Below are positions 1-8,818 of a DNA stretch of 64,000 bases, piece by piece. The position numbers were made by a program, and so were the translations under genes. The notes beneath the pieces are model-generated. The model searched no databases. It had not been told where the DNA came from and saw nothing but the letters and a program-made list of their open reading frames with translations. Position 1 is the first letter of the stretch. Each line of letters opens with the position of its first letter. Source of the stretch: Armatimonadota bacterium. Lineage in GTDB: Bacteria; Armatimonadota; HRBIN16. Location: NCBI GenBank assembly GCA_963677485.1, contig OY781964.1, positions 4,768,001 through 4,832,000 of the forward strand, in the 5' to 3' direction.

Positions 1-2
1 CA

Positions 3-1286
3 GTGATAGCATCTCTGTTAGCTGGTGTCGCACATGATGCAGTGGGTAATGCCAGTATGGCATCAACCTCAACCGATAATACGGTTACATTCCAAAAAGT
101 GTTGACAGCAGCCGCCGGCTTCGCTTCCTTTGGCGGCGGTGCGGGCATGACCAACCAGGGAACTAATACCATCATCAATGGTGATATTGGCACAACTGGC
201 GCATCGACTACGATGACAGGCTTCCATGACAGCACAGGAGATGGATACACTGAAACTCCATTGAACATCGGAACTGTGCTTGGACGCATCTACACCGCGG
301 CACCACCGCCCGTGATCTTCCTTCCTGGTGGTCCTTACGGTGGAACGGCCGAAACTAAAGCGATTGCAGATGCGGCTGCACTTGACGCACTCACTGCATT
401 CAATTACCTGGCTGGCTTACCCACGACAGGACCAGACCCCAGCGCATCAGGCGATCTTGGCGGAATCACCGTACCGCCTGGTGTGTATAAGTCGGCTGGC
501 GGATCCTTCGCCATTCTCCCTGGTGAAACCCTCACCCTTGATGCCCAAGGAAATGACAATGCTCGCTGGGTGTTCCAGATGGGGTCGTCGTTAACCGTGG
601 GTGCTATCGGAGCAGGGGCAACTCCCTCAAAGGTAGTATTCAAGGACGGAATAGGTCAGGCTGAGAATGTCTATTGGCAGGTCGGAAGTGCTGCCACTAT
701 CAACACAGGTGCAGAAATGATAGGAACCATTATCGCTTCTGCAGGAGTCACATTCTCTACCGCCGGTGAGGTAATACTCACCACCCTACAGGGTAGAGCA
801 CTCAGCCTGAACGCTTCATGTACTTTGGTGAATACGCACATCAATGTGCCGAATGCCAGTCCGGTACATTCGCTATCTGGGCAAGTGCAGTTAAGTGACT
901 TCATTGGCGATGTGCCCGACCAGCAGCTCGTGGCCACTGTAAACAGCTCCGCGAACCCAAGCATCAAGCAGAACGTCAGCCTGCAAGCGCAGACCGACGG
1001 CCAGTTTACAATGACCAGCAACCTGGTACCTCCGTATGATGTCCGCATGGCTAGTCCTCACTTCTTGACGACTAGCACAGCAAAGGTGGTCCCAAGCCAG
1101 AGCCTGGTATTCAGGCTCGTGAACGGCGATGCGAACGGCGATGGGGTAGTCAACCTGTTTGACTATGTCGCGCTAGACAGCCACTACGGCAGTAATGATG
1201 CGATGGCAGACCTTGATGGCGATGGCAGCGTGAACCTGTTCGACTATGTCATAGTCGATCAGAACTTCGGAGCCACCGGCAAGTAA
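3..1286 (+). CDS. Ice-binding family protein (DUF3494) with C-terminal dockerin-like/EF-hand repeat; may start upstream of the window
   Basis: DUF3494-type motifs (PGVYKS, LTLDAQG..NARWVFQMGSSL, NVYWQVGSAATI, GRALSL); two C-terminal Ca-binding-like repeats GDANGDGVVNLFDY / ADLDGDGSVNLFDY. Confidence 0.85.
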   Translation: MIASLLAGVAHDAVGNASMASTSTDNTVTFQKVLTAAAGFASFGGGAGMTNQGTNTIINGDIGTTGASTTMTGFHDSTGDGYTETPLNIGTVLGRIYTAAPPPVIFLPGGPYGGTAETKAIADAAALDALTAFNYLAGLPTTGPDPSASGDLGGITVPPGVYKSAGGSFAILPGETLTLDAQGNDNARWVFQMGSSLTVGAIGAGATPSKVVFKDGIGQAENVYWQVGSAATINTGAEMIGTIIASAGVTFSTAGEVILTTLQGRALSLNASCTLVNTHINVPNASPVHSLSGQVQLSDFIGDVPDQQLVATVNSSANPSIKQNVSLQAQTDGQFTMTSNLVPPYDVRMASPHFLTTSTAKVVPSQSLVFRLVNGDANGDGVVNLFDYVALDSHYGSNDAMADLDGDGSVNLFDYVIVDQNFGATGK

Positions 1287-1342
1287 GGCAACACGCCGAT
1301 CAGCATCACAACGCTGACTGGCGAAACGGCCACCTGATCGAT

Positions 1343-1390
1343 AGCATCCCGCCTGCGTGTTTCCCACAACATGCAGGCGGGGTGCTTTTA
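1343..1390 (+). terminator. Rho-independent terminator after the ice-binding protein gene
   Basis: Stem agcatcccgcctgcgtgtt / aacatgcaggcggggtgct followed by a T-run. Confidence 0.75.
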
Positions 1391-1477
1391 TGTAGTCCGT
1401 TGGATTGATGCGATTTGAATCGGGAAGATGGTCATGTTTGGGGTGGGGGACACCAGATTGATGGCAGGTGCCCGGTG

Positions 1478-2041
1478 TTAGGCTTGTTTTTCTCGGATGG
1501 TACGCTCAAGTTCGGCCTGGATGCAGGTGATGGTCAAATCGCCGCGTGTGCGCTCAATGACAGCCCGGAGGCCGTCGACCGTGCGTCGCAGTCCGCCGGT
1601 GAGGGCGTCGGTATAATCGAACCCGGTGCAGAATAGATAGACTTCATCCATGATGCCCATCAGCCGTTCCGCATCGGCATAATTCTTCGCCCGAAGCATA
1701 TCCAGTATCTGCCGTCTACACTCACTGGCGGCCTCTGCAAGGCCGTTCAGGTATGCAGGCGGCTCTGCACCCAGCATCTGCTCGCTGGGCATCTCCTGGG
1801 CCCGTATCATGCAACTGAACAGTGTGGCCTCCCACAACTCCTTCAATCCATCCTGAGTATAACCTGCGTAATAGATTTCGGGGCATTCGGTCTTGAGGCA
1901 AATGAGCTTCGATGCAACCTCCTGAGCCTTTTGAAGCTCAGTGTCCGCTTGTTCCCACTCCAGCCTGTGCAGATGCTTGATAGTGACAGACGCTCCGCGA
2001 ATCAGCTCACGGCTTGCTCGAAGAGCTTTCTCTCGGTAGCC
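1478..2041 (-). pseudogene. Translin/TRAX-family protein, 3' part (interrupted by IS21)
   Basis: REKALRASRELIR, YTQDGLKELWEA, YLNGLAEAASECRR, GLRRTVDGLR motifs; joins in frame to 4605-4676 when the IS and one GTAGCC copy are removed. Confidence 0.85.
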
Positions 2042-2064
2042 TGTCAATAGTCACCTTATTACTA

Positions 2065-2092
2065 CCACCCATGTTCGGCATATGTATACCAC
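2065..2092. repeat. IS21 subterminal inverted repeat (partner at 4530-4557; further partial copy near 4564-4585)
   Basis: ccacccatgttcggcatatgtataccac versus reverse complement of partner ccacccatgttcggcatgactataccac (25/28 identical). Confidence 0.85.
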
Positions 2093-2143
2093 TTGACTAG
2101 TTCGTGTTCATTGCCCAATGTAAGTGTTGGATGCGTCGGTATC

Positions 2144-2911
2144 TCACTCTACGGATGCATTATCCGGCTTGCTTACCTCCCCTCTGCGCTGCCTTTGGCG
2201 ATAGCTCTCACCGGTGACAACAGTCACCCGGGCATGGTGAGTCAATCTGTCCATAGCAGCTGAAGCGAGAAGAGAGTCGCCAAACATCTCCGGCCATTCG
2301 GAGGGAGCCCGATTAGATGTCAATACAATACTGCCCTTCTCGTATCTCTGGTGGATGATCTCGTAGAGGTCTTCCGCTCCCTGAATTGTGATGGGGCGAA
2401 GACCAAAGTCGTCGAGTATCAGGAGGTCAACGTTGACCAATTTCTTAATCAACCGCGTATAAGCATCGTCTGCCCTGGCCGCAAACATCTCCTGTTGCAA
2501 CTTGTGGACAGAACTGTTATAAACACTGTAGCTTCGCTTAATGGCCTCATAACCTATGGCGGTGGCTAGATGTGTCTTGCCCACACCAGTGGGACCACAC
2601 ACCAGCCAGTTGGCATGTTGAGCGATTAACTGGCAGGTCGCCATCTCCCTTACCAGCGAACGATCAAGGGTAGGTACAGCGTTGAAGTCGAAGTGGGACA
2701 GCAGTTTCGTGTTCTCGAAACAGGCCGCCTTCTCCATCTTTACCTGTTTAGTTTGGCTGCGTCGCTCAAGCTCATCATCTACTAATAACGCAAGGAACTC
2801 CGTTGGTGAGAGCTTTTGCTCACGGGCTAGCTCCGCTCTCTCTTCGAGGCTATCAACCATGCCAGACCATCTGAGTTGCCTGAGCTTGGGTAGCAGTGTG
2901 TGAGTTAACAC
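2144..2911 (-). CDS. istB: IS21 helper AAA+ ATPase IstB
   Basis: Walker A GPTGVGKT, Walker B LLILDDFG, TSN, DRLTHH, GESYR. Confidence 0.95.
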   Translation of the reverse strand: MLTHTLLPKLRQLRWSGMVDSLEERAELAREQKLSPTEFLALLVDDELERRSQTKQVKMEKAACFENTKLLSHFDFNAVPTLDRSLVREMATCQLIAQHANWLVCGPTGVGKTHLATAIGYEAIKRSYSVYNSSVHKLQQEMFAARADDAYTRLIKKLVNVDLLILDDFGLRPITIQGAEDLYEIIHQRYEKGSIVLTSNRAPSEWPEMFGDSLLASAAMDRLTHHARVTVVTGESYRQRQRRGEVSKPDNASVE

Positions 2912-4464
2912 GCTTCTACCTCCATATTGGTGTCAGCATTACTGACCAAAATGAATTCGTCGGCACTACGAGCGAAGAGGTAGTCTTTTTTAGGGGGAAG
3001 AGAAGATGTTATTCCCATTGGCTCGTGATCTGTACCGGCCCTCAGTATCTTAGCAATGCGTTGGTAACTACCATCTTGGTAATAGAGAGAGCGTGCGCAG
3101 GCCGCTTCCAGGCGACTACTGCTGTACGTTTGAACTAGCCGGACGATCCTCTTCACGGATTGTCTTCGGTCTACAGGCCTGTCAGCCAGCAAAGCATTAA
3201 GCACCGTAACACAACTGGGGCCGATGTCATGCCCTAATTCCAGGCAATTCTCGATTGAAAGAACCATATAGGCCACTTTATGTGTTGGGTAATCAGTCAT
3301 GCGGGTAATGCGCTGCCCTTGTTGTGTCGCTCTTTGATGTGTTCCAACTAGTTTATGGTCGTTATCATATATCTGCACCACTCGTTCGTGCAGATGCACG
3401 TCCATTTGGCTGCCTATGTAGCTGTAGGGCACGGAATAGTAAGAACCATACACTGTAACATGACAGTCCCGATGGACTTTCGCACTACGAACTTCAATGA
3501 GATCAAATTCCGTGTCTGGTAATGACTTAAGCGTGCTCTTCTCTACCTGATTGAACTGCGCCAATGGCTGTTTATGTGTGGTTCCATGGTTACGCAGACC
3601 TGCCTCTTGTGTGATCCAGGTCTTCACAAGCAGGTTCGCTTCGTCGATATCCATGAACTCCCGGCCTGCAATGAAGTTTCGCTGCACGTAATGAACCCCG
3701 TTTTCCACTTTTCCTTTATGCTCCGGGGTTCTCACTCTACACGGATGAATGAGGAAGTCGTAGTGCAAGGCCAGTTGCCGATACGGCTCCGAGATGACAG
3801 GGTCGTATATATCTGCTTTGAGAACCGCTGACTTTAGATTGTCTATCACAAGTTCCTCTGGAACGCCTCCGAAGAATTCAAAGGCGTTGATATGGCAGTT
3901 CACCCATGTGGGTATCCTTTGATTGAATACAAACTCCACATATTGATGTCGAGAGTGTGATAGCGTCATCAAGAAGGCATACGTTGAACGCATCTTGCCT
4001 GTTGCGGGGTCCTTCATTTGCCCCACAAATCCGAAGTCAACCTGGGCCTGTTTTCCTGGGTCTGTCTCTAGACGTATAATGGCCAACTGCTCTTTGGGGG
4101 TCAGTCCGTTAATGAAGCGAATAACCGAAGAGTAGCTACCGGTAAACCCGTATAGTCGTTTGAGGTTGTTGTGGATGGTCACTGCCTCTATGTGAGTCTG
4201 GAGATAGGTCTCGATGATTTCGCGGTATGGTTCAGCACTAGACACATTACTGCGTCGTTTGCGCTGCGGTAAGGTGTCACGAAATGCCTCCATACTCGGC
4301 ATATCTGAATCTGGAGCCAGGTATCCAAGTCGAGAAGCCCACTGTGCGTATTGGCTGACGGTGTTACGAGCGCAGCCCGTGTCACGAGAAATCGCTCGTT
4401 GGGACTGCCCACGCCGCAGTCGGAATATGATCTCTTCTATGATCTGCATTCTTAGCCTTTCCAT
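2905..4464 (-). CDS. istA: IS21 DDE transposase IstA
   Basis: N-terminal HTH (SQRAISRDTGCARNTV), ETDPGKQAQVDFG, FFGGVP..IDNLK, KGKVE, HGTT. Confidence 0.95.
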   Translation of the reverse strand: MERLRMQIIEEIIFRLRRGQSQRAISRDTGCARNTVSQYAQWASRLGYLAPDSDMPSMEAFRDTLPQRKRRSNVSSAEPYREIIETYLQTHIEAVTIHNNLKRLYGFTGSYSSVIRFINGLTPKEQLAIIRLETDPGKQAQVDFGFVGQMKDPATGKMRSTYAFLMTLSHSRHQYVEFVFNQRIPTWVNCHINAFEFFGGVPEELVIDNLKSAVLKADIYDPVISEPYRQLALHYDFLIHPCRVRTPEHKGKVENGVHYVQRNFIAGREFMDIDEANLLVKTWITQEAGLRNHGTTHKQPLAQFNQVEKSTLKSLPDTEFDLIEVRSAKVHRDCHVTVYGSYYSVPYSYIGSQMDVHLHERVVQIYDNDHKLVGTHQRATQQGQRITRMTDYPTHKVAYMVLSIENCLELGHDIGPSCVTVLNALLADRPVDRRQSVKRIVRLVQTYSSSRLEAACARSLYYQDGSYQRIAKILRAGTDHEPMGITSSLPPKKDYLFARSADEFILVSNADTNMEVEAC

Positions 4465-4604
4465 GTATGCCCTCCTGATAAAACTGTGTCTATCATTTAG
4501 GCGGTCAGGGGCATCGAAACACGGCTAGAGTGGTATAGTCATGCCGAACATGGGTGGCTCACACATGCCGAATGGGCTGGTATAGTGTAACCCGATTAGC
4601 GACA

Positions 4605-4676
4605 GTAGCCATCACGAGTATCCAGTGTGACGCGCATATCTGAAGAAATCTGCTGCAGCCGTTGTTCTAAGTTCAT
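4605..4676 (-). pseudogene. Translin-family gene, 5' part (first 24 codons, MNLEQRLQQISSDMRVTLDTRDGY)
   Basis: ATG overlaps the ispA stop (ATGA); frame continues into 2035-1478 after IS removal. Confidence 0.85.
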
Positions 4677-5557
4677 TGTTTTCTTTCTTCCACGAAGTCC
4701 GCCAGTTCAAGAAGGGTGGTTGCGGCTTCACCAAAAGGCTCAATTGCACATTTTGCTTTACAGACGCGCTGATGCAATATCCGTTTGGTCTCGTCTATGC
4801 CATAAAGACCGGGGTAGGTTGCTTTGCCCATTTGTTCGTCAGTTCCTGTGGCCTTACCAAGCAACACCGGGTCACCTATGACATTCAGAAGATCATCGGC
4901 TACCTGAAATGCTATGCCGATCTGCAACCCATATTCACGGATAGCTGCTGTCTCCGAAGGGTCACCACCGGCTAGAATGGCACCGCAAACTACGCTGCAT
5001 TCTAGCAGCATGCCCGTCTTACGACGATGGATGAGCTGAAGTGTTTCGGCTTTGATCGCCTGGTTTTCACTTTCGATGTCAAGCATCTCTCCGCCAACAA
5101 GTCCTTGAGTGCCAACGGCTCTGCTGACTTCACGAATGATGGCTAGCTGACTCGCAGCATCGACGGAACCATCTGGGGCCGATAGAAGATCGAACGCTAA
5201 TGCAAACAGCGCATCGCCCGCTAGTATTGCGGTAGGTTCGTTGAACTGCACATGACAGGTGGGCCGTCCGCGCCGCAGTATGTCGTCGTCAATCGCTGGC
5301 AGGTCATCGTGTATCAATGAAAAAGCGTGAATGCACTCAATAGCACAGGCAGCGTGCTTTACCGAATTTACATCCGCACCCAGCATCTCAGCAGTAAGCA
5401 TCATCATGATGGGGCGTAACCGCTTGCCAGGAGCAAGAGCACTATATCGCATCGCCTCATGCAAACGTTGAGGGCAATGCGATATAGCGGGCAACAACTC
5501 ATCAAGCCAGCGGTCAACAAGGACCCTAAGCTGTTCCATCCGAACTTGAAGTAACAT
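4673..5557 (-). CDS. ispA: Polyprenyl (farnesyl/geranylgeranyl) diphosphate synthase
   Basis: GKRLRP, SLIHDDLPAIDDDILRRG, KTG, FQVADDLL, GKATYP. Confidence 0.92.
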   Translation of the reverse strand: MLLQVRMEQLRVLVDRWLDELLPAISHCPQRLHEAMRYSALAPGKRLRPIMMMLTAEMLGADVNSVKHAACAIECIHAFSLIHDDLPAIDDDILRRGRPTCHVQFNEPTAILAGDALFALAFDLLSAPDGSVDAASQLAIIREVSRAVGTQGLVGGEMLDIESENQAIKAETLQLIHRRKTGMLLECSVVCGAILAGGDPSETAAIREYGLQIGIAFQVADDLLNVIGDPVLLGKATGTDEQMGKATYPGLYGIDETKRILHQRVCKAKCAIEPFGEAATTLLELADFVEERKQ

Positions 5558-5563
5558 TCCTGA

Positions 5564-6421
5564 CTACTGTGCGGCCTTTTTAGCAGCTGCTTTGACGGAG
5601 TTTGCCATCAGCATGGCGATGGTCATAGGACCGACCCCGCCCGGCACAGGCGTGATGTATGATGCGACTTGGCTTGCTGCTGCGTAGTCCACATCACCCA
5701 CATCACCGGACCGTCCTTCAACCCGGTTATATCCGGCGTCAATCACCACCGCACCAGGTTTGATCCAGTCACCTTTCACAAGTTCAGCGCGGCCAACGGC
5801 AGCCACCACCACATCCGCCTGCCTGACCTCATCAGCCAGGTTAAGCGTCCGCGAGTGGCAGATCGTCACAGTGGCGTGCTGTTCCAGCATCAGCAGTGCC
5901 ATCGGTTTCCCAAGAATGATACTGCGGCCAATAACGACAACCTTCTTGCCTGAGAGTTTGATGTCATATCGCTTCAACAGCTCCATGATGCCCAGGGGGG
6001 TACAACAGCGATAGCCTTCTATACCAGCAGCCAGACGTCCTAATGAGGCTGGGGTAATACCATCGACATCCTTTTCGGGATCAAGAAGCCCCAAGACCTT
6101 CAACTCATCGAGTTGTTTCGGCAGGGGGTGTTGGATTAACACTCCGTCAATGCTGCTATCGTTGTTGAGCTGGTTTACCAGTTCCTCAGCTTGCGCCTGA
6201 GTAGCATCTGAGGCCAGAGCGTATCGTTCGGAAATGACACCCACCACCTGGCAAGCCTTCTGCTTCATCTTGACATAAGTCTGTGATGCGGGATCGTCTC
6301 CGATGAGTACGACGGCCAGTTTTGGTTGATGTCCTTTTTCCGTAAGCTCTGTCGCTTGTCGTTTCAGTTCCTGTCGGATTATTTTGGCAGTAGCTGAACC
6401 ATCAAGTATCTGTGCTGTCAT
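5564..6421 (-). CDS. folD: Methylenetetrahydrofolate dehydrogenase/cyclohydrolase
   Basis: YVKMK, EKDVDG, CTPLG, GRSIILGKP, TPVPGGVGPMTIAML. Confidence 0.97.
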   Translation of the reverse strand: MTAQILDGSATAKIIRQELKRQATELTEKGHQPKLAVVLIGDDPASQTYVKMKQKACQVVGVISERYALASDATQAQAEELVNQLNNDSSIDGVLIQHPLPKQLDELKVLGLLDPEKDVDGITPASLGRLAAGIEGYRCCTPLGIMELLKRYDIKLSGKKVVVIGRSIILGKPMALLMLEQHATVTICHSRTLNLADEVRQADVVVAAVGRAELVKGDWIKPGAVVIDAGYNRVEGRSGDVGDVDYAAASQVASYITPVPGGVGPMTIAMLMANSVKAAAKKAAQ

Positions 6422-6436
6422 TTATAGTTGTTCCTG

Positions 6437-6961
6437 TCAGTTGCTTTTTGTTTTTGATACCGCGTCAGGCCGAACATCTTGCAATATTCCAGCCAGCAGA
6501 CCGTTCACGAAACGGCTAGCGTCATCATCGCTGTATTTTTTCGATAGTTCAACCGCTTCGCTGATGATGATCGCTTCCGATGTTTCGGGGCGATTGATCA
6601 ATTCCCATACCGCAATGCGGACGATATTGCGGTCAGGTAGGGGCTGCCGTGAGATGGGCCAGCCTACGCTGCGCGCTTCAATCATGGCGTCGATATGGTC
6701 GACATCCGCGCAGACACCATCGACGAGTTGCTTGCAGAACTCGAGTATCTTCGCGTCAATCACTTCAACTTCTTTTGTCACACCGTCGACAATCGACTTA
6801 GCGAACTGCATCGCATCATCATCAAGCGCGAAGTGTTCTTGTGCTTCCTCGATATCTTCCGGCGTGATCTCTTCACTCAGCTCCCATTTGTAGAGCATCC
6901 GAAGAGCCAGTTCACGTGCGAGACGAAGCTTCTTAATTGAACCTGATGGTTTATGAGACAA
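6437..6961 (-). CDS. nusB: Transcription antitermination factor NusB (with internal duplication)
   Basis: ARELAL..LY, DRNIVRIAVWEL, ISEAVELSKKYS, FVNGLL; accC-nusB-folD synteny. Confidence 0.92.
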   Translation of the reverse strand: MSHKPSGSIKKLRLARELALRMLYKWELSEEITPEDIEEAQEHFALDDDAMQFAKSIVDGVTKEVEVIDAKILEFCKQLVDGVCADVDHIDAMIEARSVGWPISRQPLPDRNIVRIAVWELINRPETSEAIIISEAVELSKKYSDDDASRFVNGLLAGILQDVRPDAVSKTKSN

Positions 6962-6963
6962 AT

Positions 6964-8340
6964 TTACACGCCCTCCACAGGCTGCAGTAACCGCTTTAGA
7001 TAGTCGGTATTGACACTGCCTTCATGATATTCAGGGTCCTGCATGATCTTCCGAAGAAGAGGCAGGTTTGTTTTGACGCCATCGACACTTGTTTCTATCA
7101 AGGCGCGGTTCATACGATCGATCGCCTTTTGGCGCGTCGGCGCATGAACGATTAGTTTGGCCAGCAGAGAGTCATAGTAGGGGGGGAGTTCATAGCCTGA
7201 GTATATATGACTGTCTACCCTAATTCCGGGTCCCCCTGGGAACATCACCCTGCTGACTATGCCAGAAGTCGGCATCAATCCTTGTTCAGGATCTTCTGCC
7301 GTAATTCGGACTTCAATGTTGTGTCCCTTGAAGGTCACATCCTTTTGACTGATTGGCAGTTTTTCTCCAGAAGCCACCAGCAACTGCATTTGGACCAGAT
7401 CAGTGTCTGTGAGTGCCTCAGTGACGCAGTGTTCAACCTGCAAACGGGTGTTCATCTCCATGAAATAGAAGTGGCCCTCATGGTCATACAGAAACTCTAT
7501 TGTTCCTGCACCGCGGTACCCAACTTGTTTCGTCAACCGTATGGCGCATTCGGTCATTCTAGCTCGTATCTTGGGGTCGATGCTTATGGCAGGGGCCTCT
7601 TCAACCACTTTTTGTCGTCGAGGAGTCTGCACGGAGCAGTCGCGTTCTCCCAAGTGAATGACATTGCCGTGGGCATCAGCCATGACTTGAACTTCGATAT
7701 GCCGGGCATCTGTGACCAATTTCTCGATGTATATCTCGGCAGAGCCGAAACTCGCCGCCGCTTCCGTCTTGGCCAGGCGTAAATTCGTGGCGAACTCCTC
7801 AGAATCGCGCGCAAGGCGAATTCCCTTGCCTCCACCGCCAGCAACTGCCTTAAGCAGCACAGGATAGCCGATCTTACGGGCCTGCCGGAGCGCCTCCGAC
7901 TCGCTGGTCACCGGACCATTACTGCCAGGAATCACCGGCACCCGCGCTTTTTTGGCGAAGTTGCGCGCTTCCGCCTTATCACCCATATGGTTCATGGCAT
8001 CCGGCGGGGCTCCGATGAAGGTTAACCCGCTCACTTCACAGGCCTCTGCAAATGCCGCGTTTTCGCTGAGATAGCCGTAACCGGGATGAATCGCGTCTGC
8101 TTGCGTCTGCTTAGCCGCCATGATGACGTTGGGGACGTTCATGTAGCTGTCTTTACCTGGGGGCGGGCCTACACATATGGATTCGTCAGCCATTTGCACA
8201 TGTAGACTATCCTTATCGGCCACACTGTATACAGCAACGCTTTTAACCCCTAGTTCTCGACAAGCCCTGATGACTCTAACCGCAATTTCTCCACGATTTG
8301 CGATGAGTACCTTCTTGATGGGTCTGTATTCTATACTCAT
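6964..8340 (-). CDS. accC: Biotin carboxylase (acetyl-CoA carboxylase subunit), somewhat divergent
   Basis: ANRGEIA, HPGYGYLSEN, GGGGKG, ERDCS, EMNTRLQVEH, YYDSLLAKLI. Confidence 0.93.
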   Translation of the reverse strand: MSIEYRPIKKVLIANRGEIAVRVIRACRELGVKSVAVYSVADKDSLHVQMADESICVGPPPGKDSYMNVPNVIMAAKQTQADAIHPGYGYLSENAAFAEACEVSGLTFIGAPPDAMNHMGDKAEARNFAKKARVPVIPGSNGPVTSESEALRQARKIGYPVLLKAVAGGGGKGIRLARDSEEFATNLRLAKTEAAASFGSAEIYIEKLVTDARHIEVQVMADAHGNVIHLGERDCSVQTPRRQKVVEEAPAISIDPKIRARMTECAIRLTKQVGYRGAGTIEFLYDHEGHFYFMEMNTRLQVEHCVTEALTDTDLVQMQLLVASGEKLPISQKDVTFKGHNIEVRITAEDPEQGLMPTSGIVSRVMFPGGPGIRVDSHIYSGYELPPYYDSLLAKLIVHAPTRQKAIDRMNRALIETSVDGVKTNLPLLRKIMQDPEYHEGSVNTDYLKRLLQPVEGV

Positions 8341-8346
8341 GGTCTG

Positions 8347-8805
8347 CTAAATACCCATTTCGTCATCGGGGGATTCTACCTCGGAAAGCTCAAATAGAAC
8401 CGTGCCATACTGAGCAGGATCACCTTCAGATAGGTGTATGTTTGATATGATACCTGGTGCAGGGGAGCTGATCTCATTCAGAATGCTCATTGATTCGATG
8501 TTACCAAGAGGCTGCCCCTCCATCACAATCTGCCCAATCTGAACTGGTTTCGGCAGATTCCGGAAACTTCCAACTAGTTGTGCATTCACGGTGAGAGTCT
8601 TTTGTTCAATATGCATATCATGCATGTTCGCGTCATCGCCGCCGATGGTATGTGAAATCACTCTAGGGGTCTCATCACCGACGCCCACACCCCCTCGTAC
8701 TAGATGAAGCTGGCTGTCGCCACATTTGATGCTTACAGAAATAGCACCGCTTGAGGTCAGACGTTTTATAATCTGCTCAGTCAGGTTCAAGTCGATAGTA
8801 GACAT
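8347..8805 (-). CDS. Biotin carboxyl carrier-like protein lacking the canonical biotinylation lysine
   Basis: BCCP architecture and position upstream of accC; C-terminal biotinyl-like domain reads IESMSILNEI instead of IEAMKxxNEI. Confidence 0.8.
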   Translation of the reverse strand: MSTIDLNLTEQIIKRLTSSGAISVSIKCGDSQLHLVRGGVGVGDETPRVISHTIGGDDANMHDMHIEQKTLTVNAQLVGSFRNLPKPVQIGQIVMEGQPLGNIESMSILNEISSPAPGIISNIHLSEGDPAQYGTVLFELSEVESPDDEMGI

Positions 8806-8818
8806 ATATACCTCAATC

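Larger units (their letters stand above)
2042..4604 (-). mobile_element. Complete IS21-family insertion sequence (2563 bp)
   Basis: TGTC...GACA termini; GTAGCC direct repeat at 2036-2041 and 4605-4610; subterminal inverted repeats at 2065-2092 and 4530-4557; istA and istB. Confidence 0.95.

Noticed and set aside
1290-1342. Small multi-stem region (cgatcag...ctgatcg, containing ctga and gaaa) resembling a hammerhead
   Set aside because: Core CUGANGA is not matched and stems are short; insufficient support.
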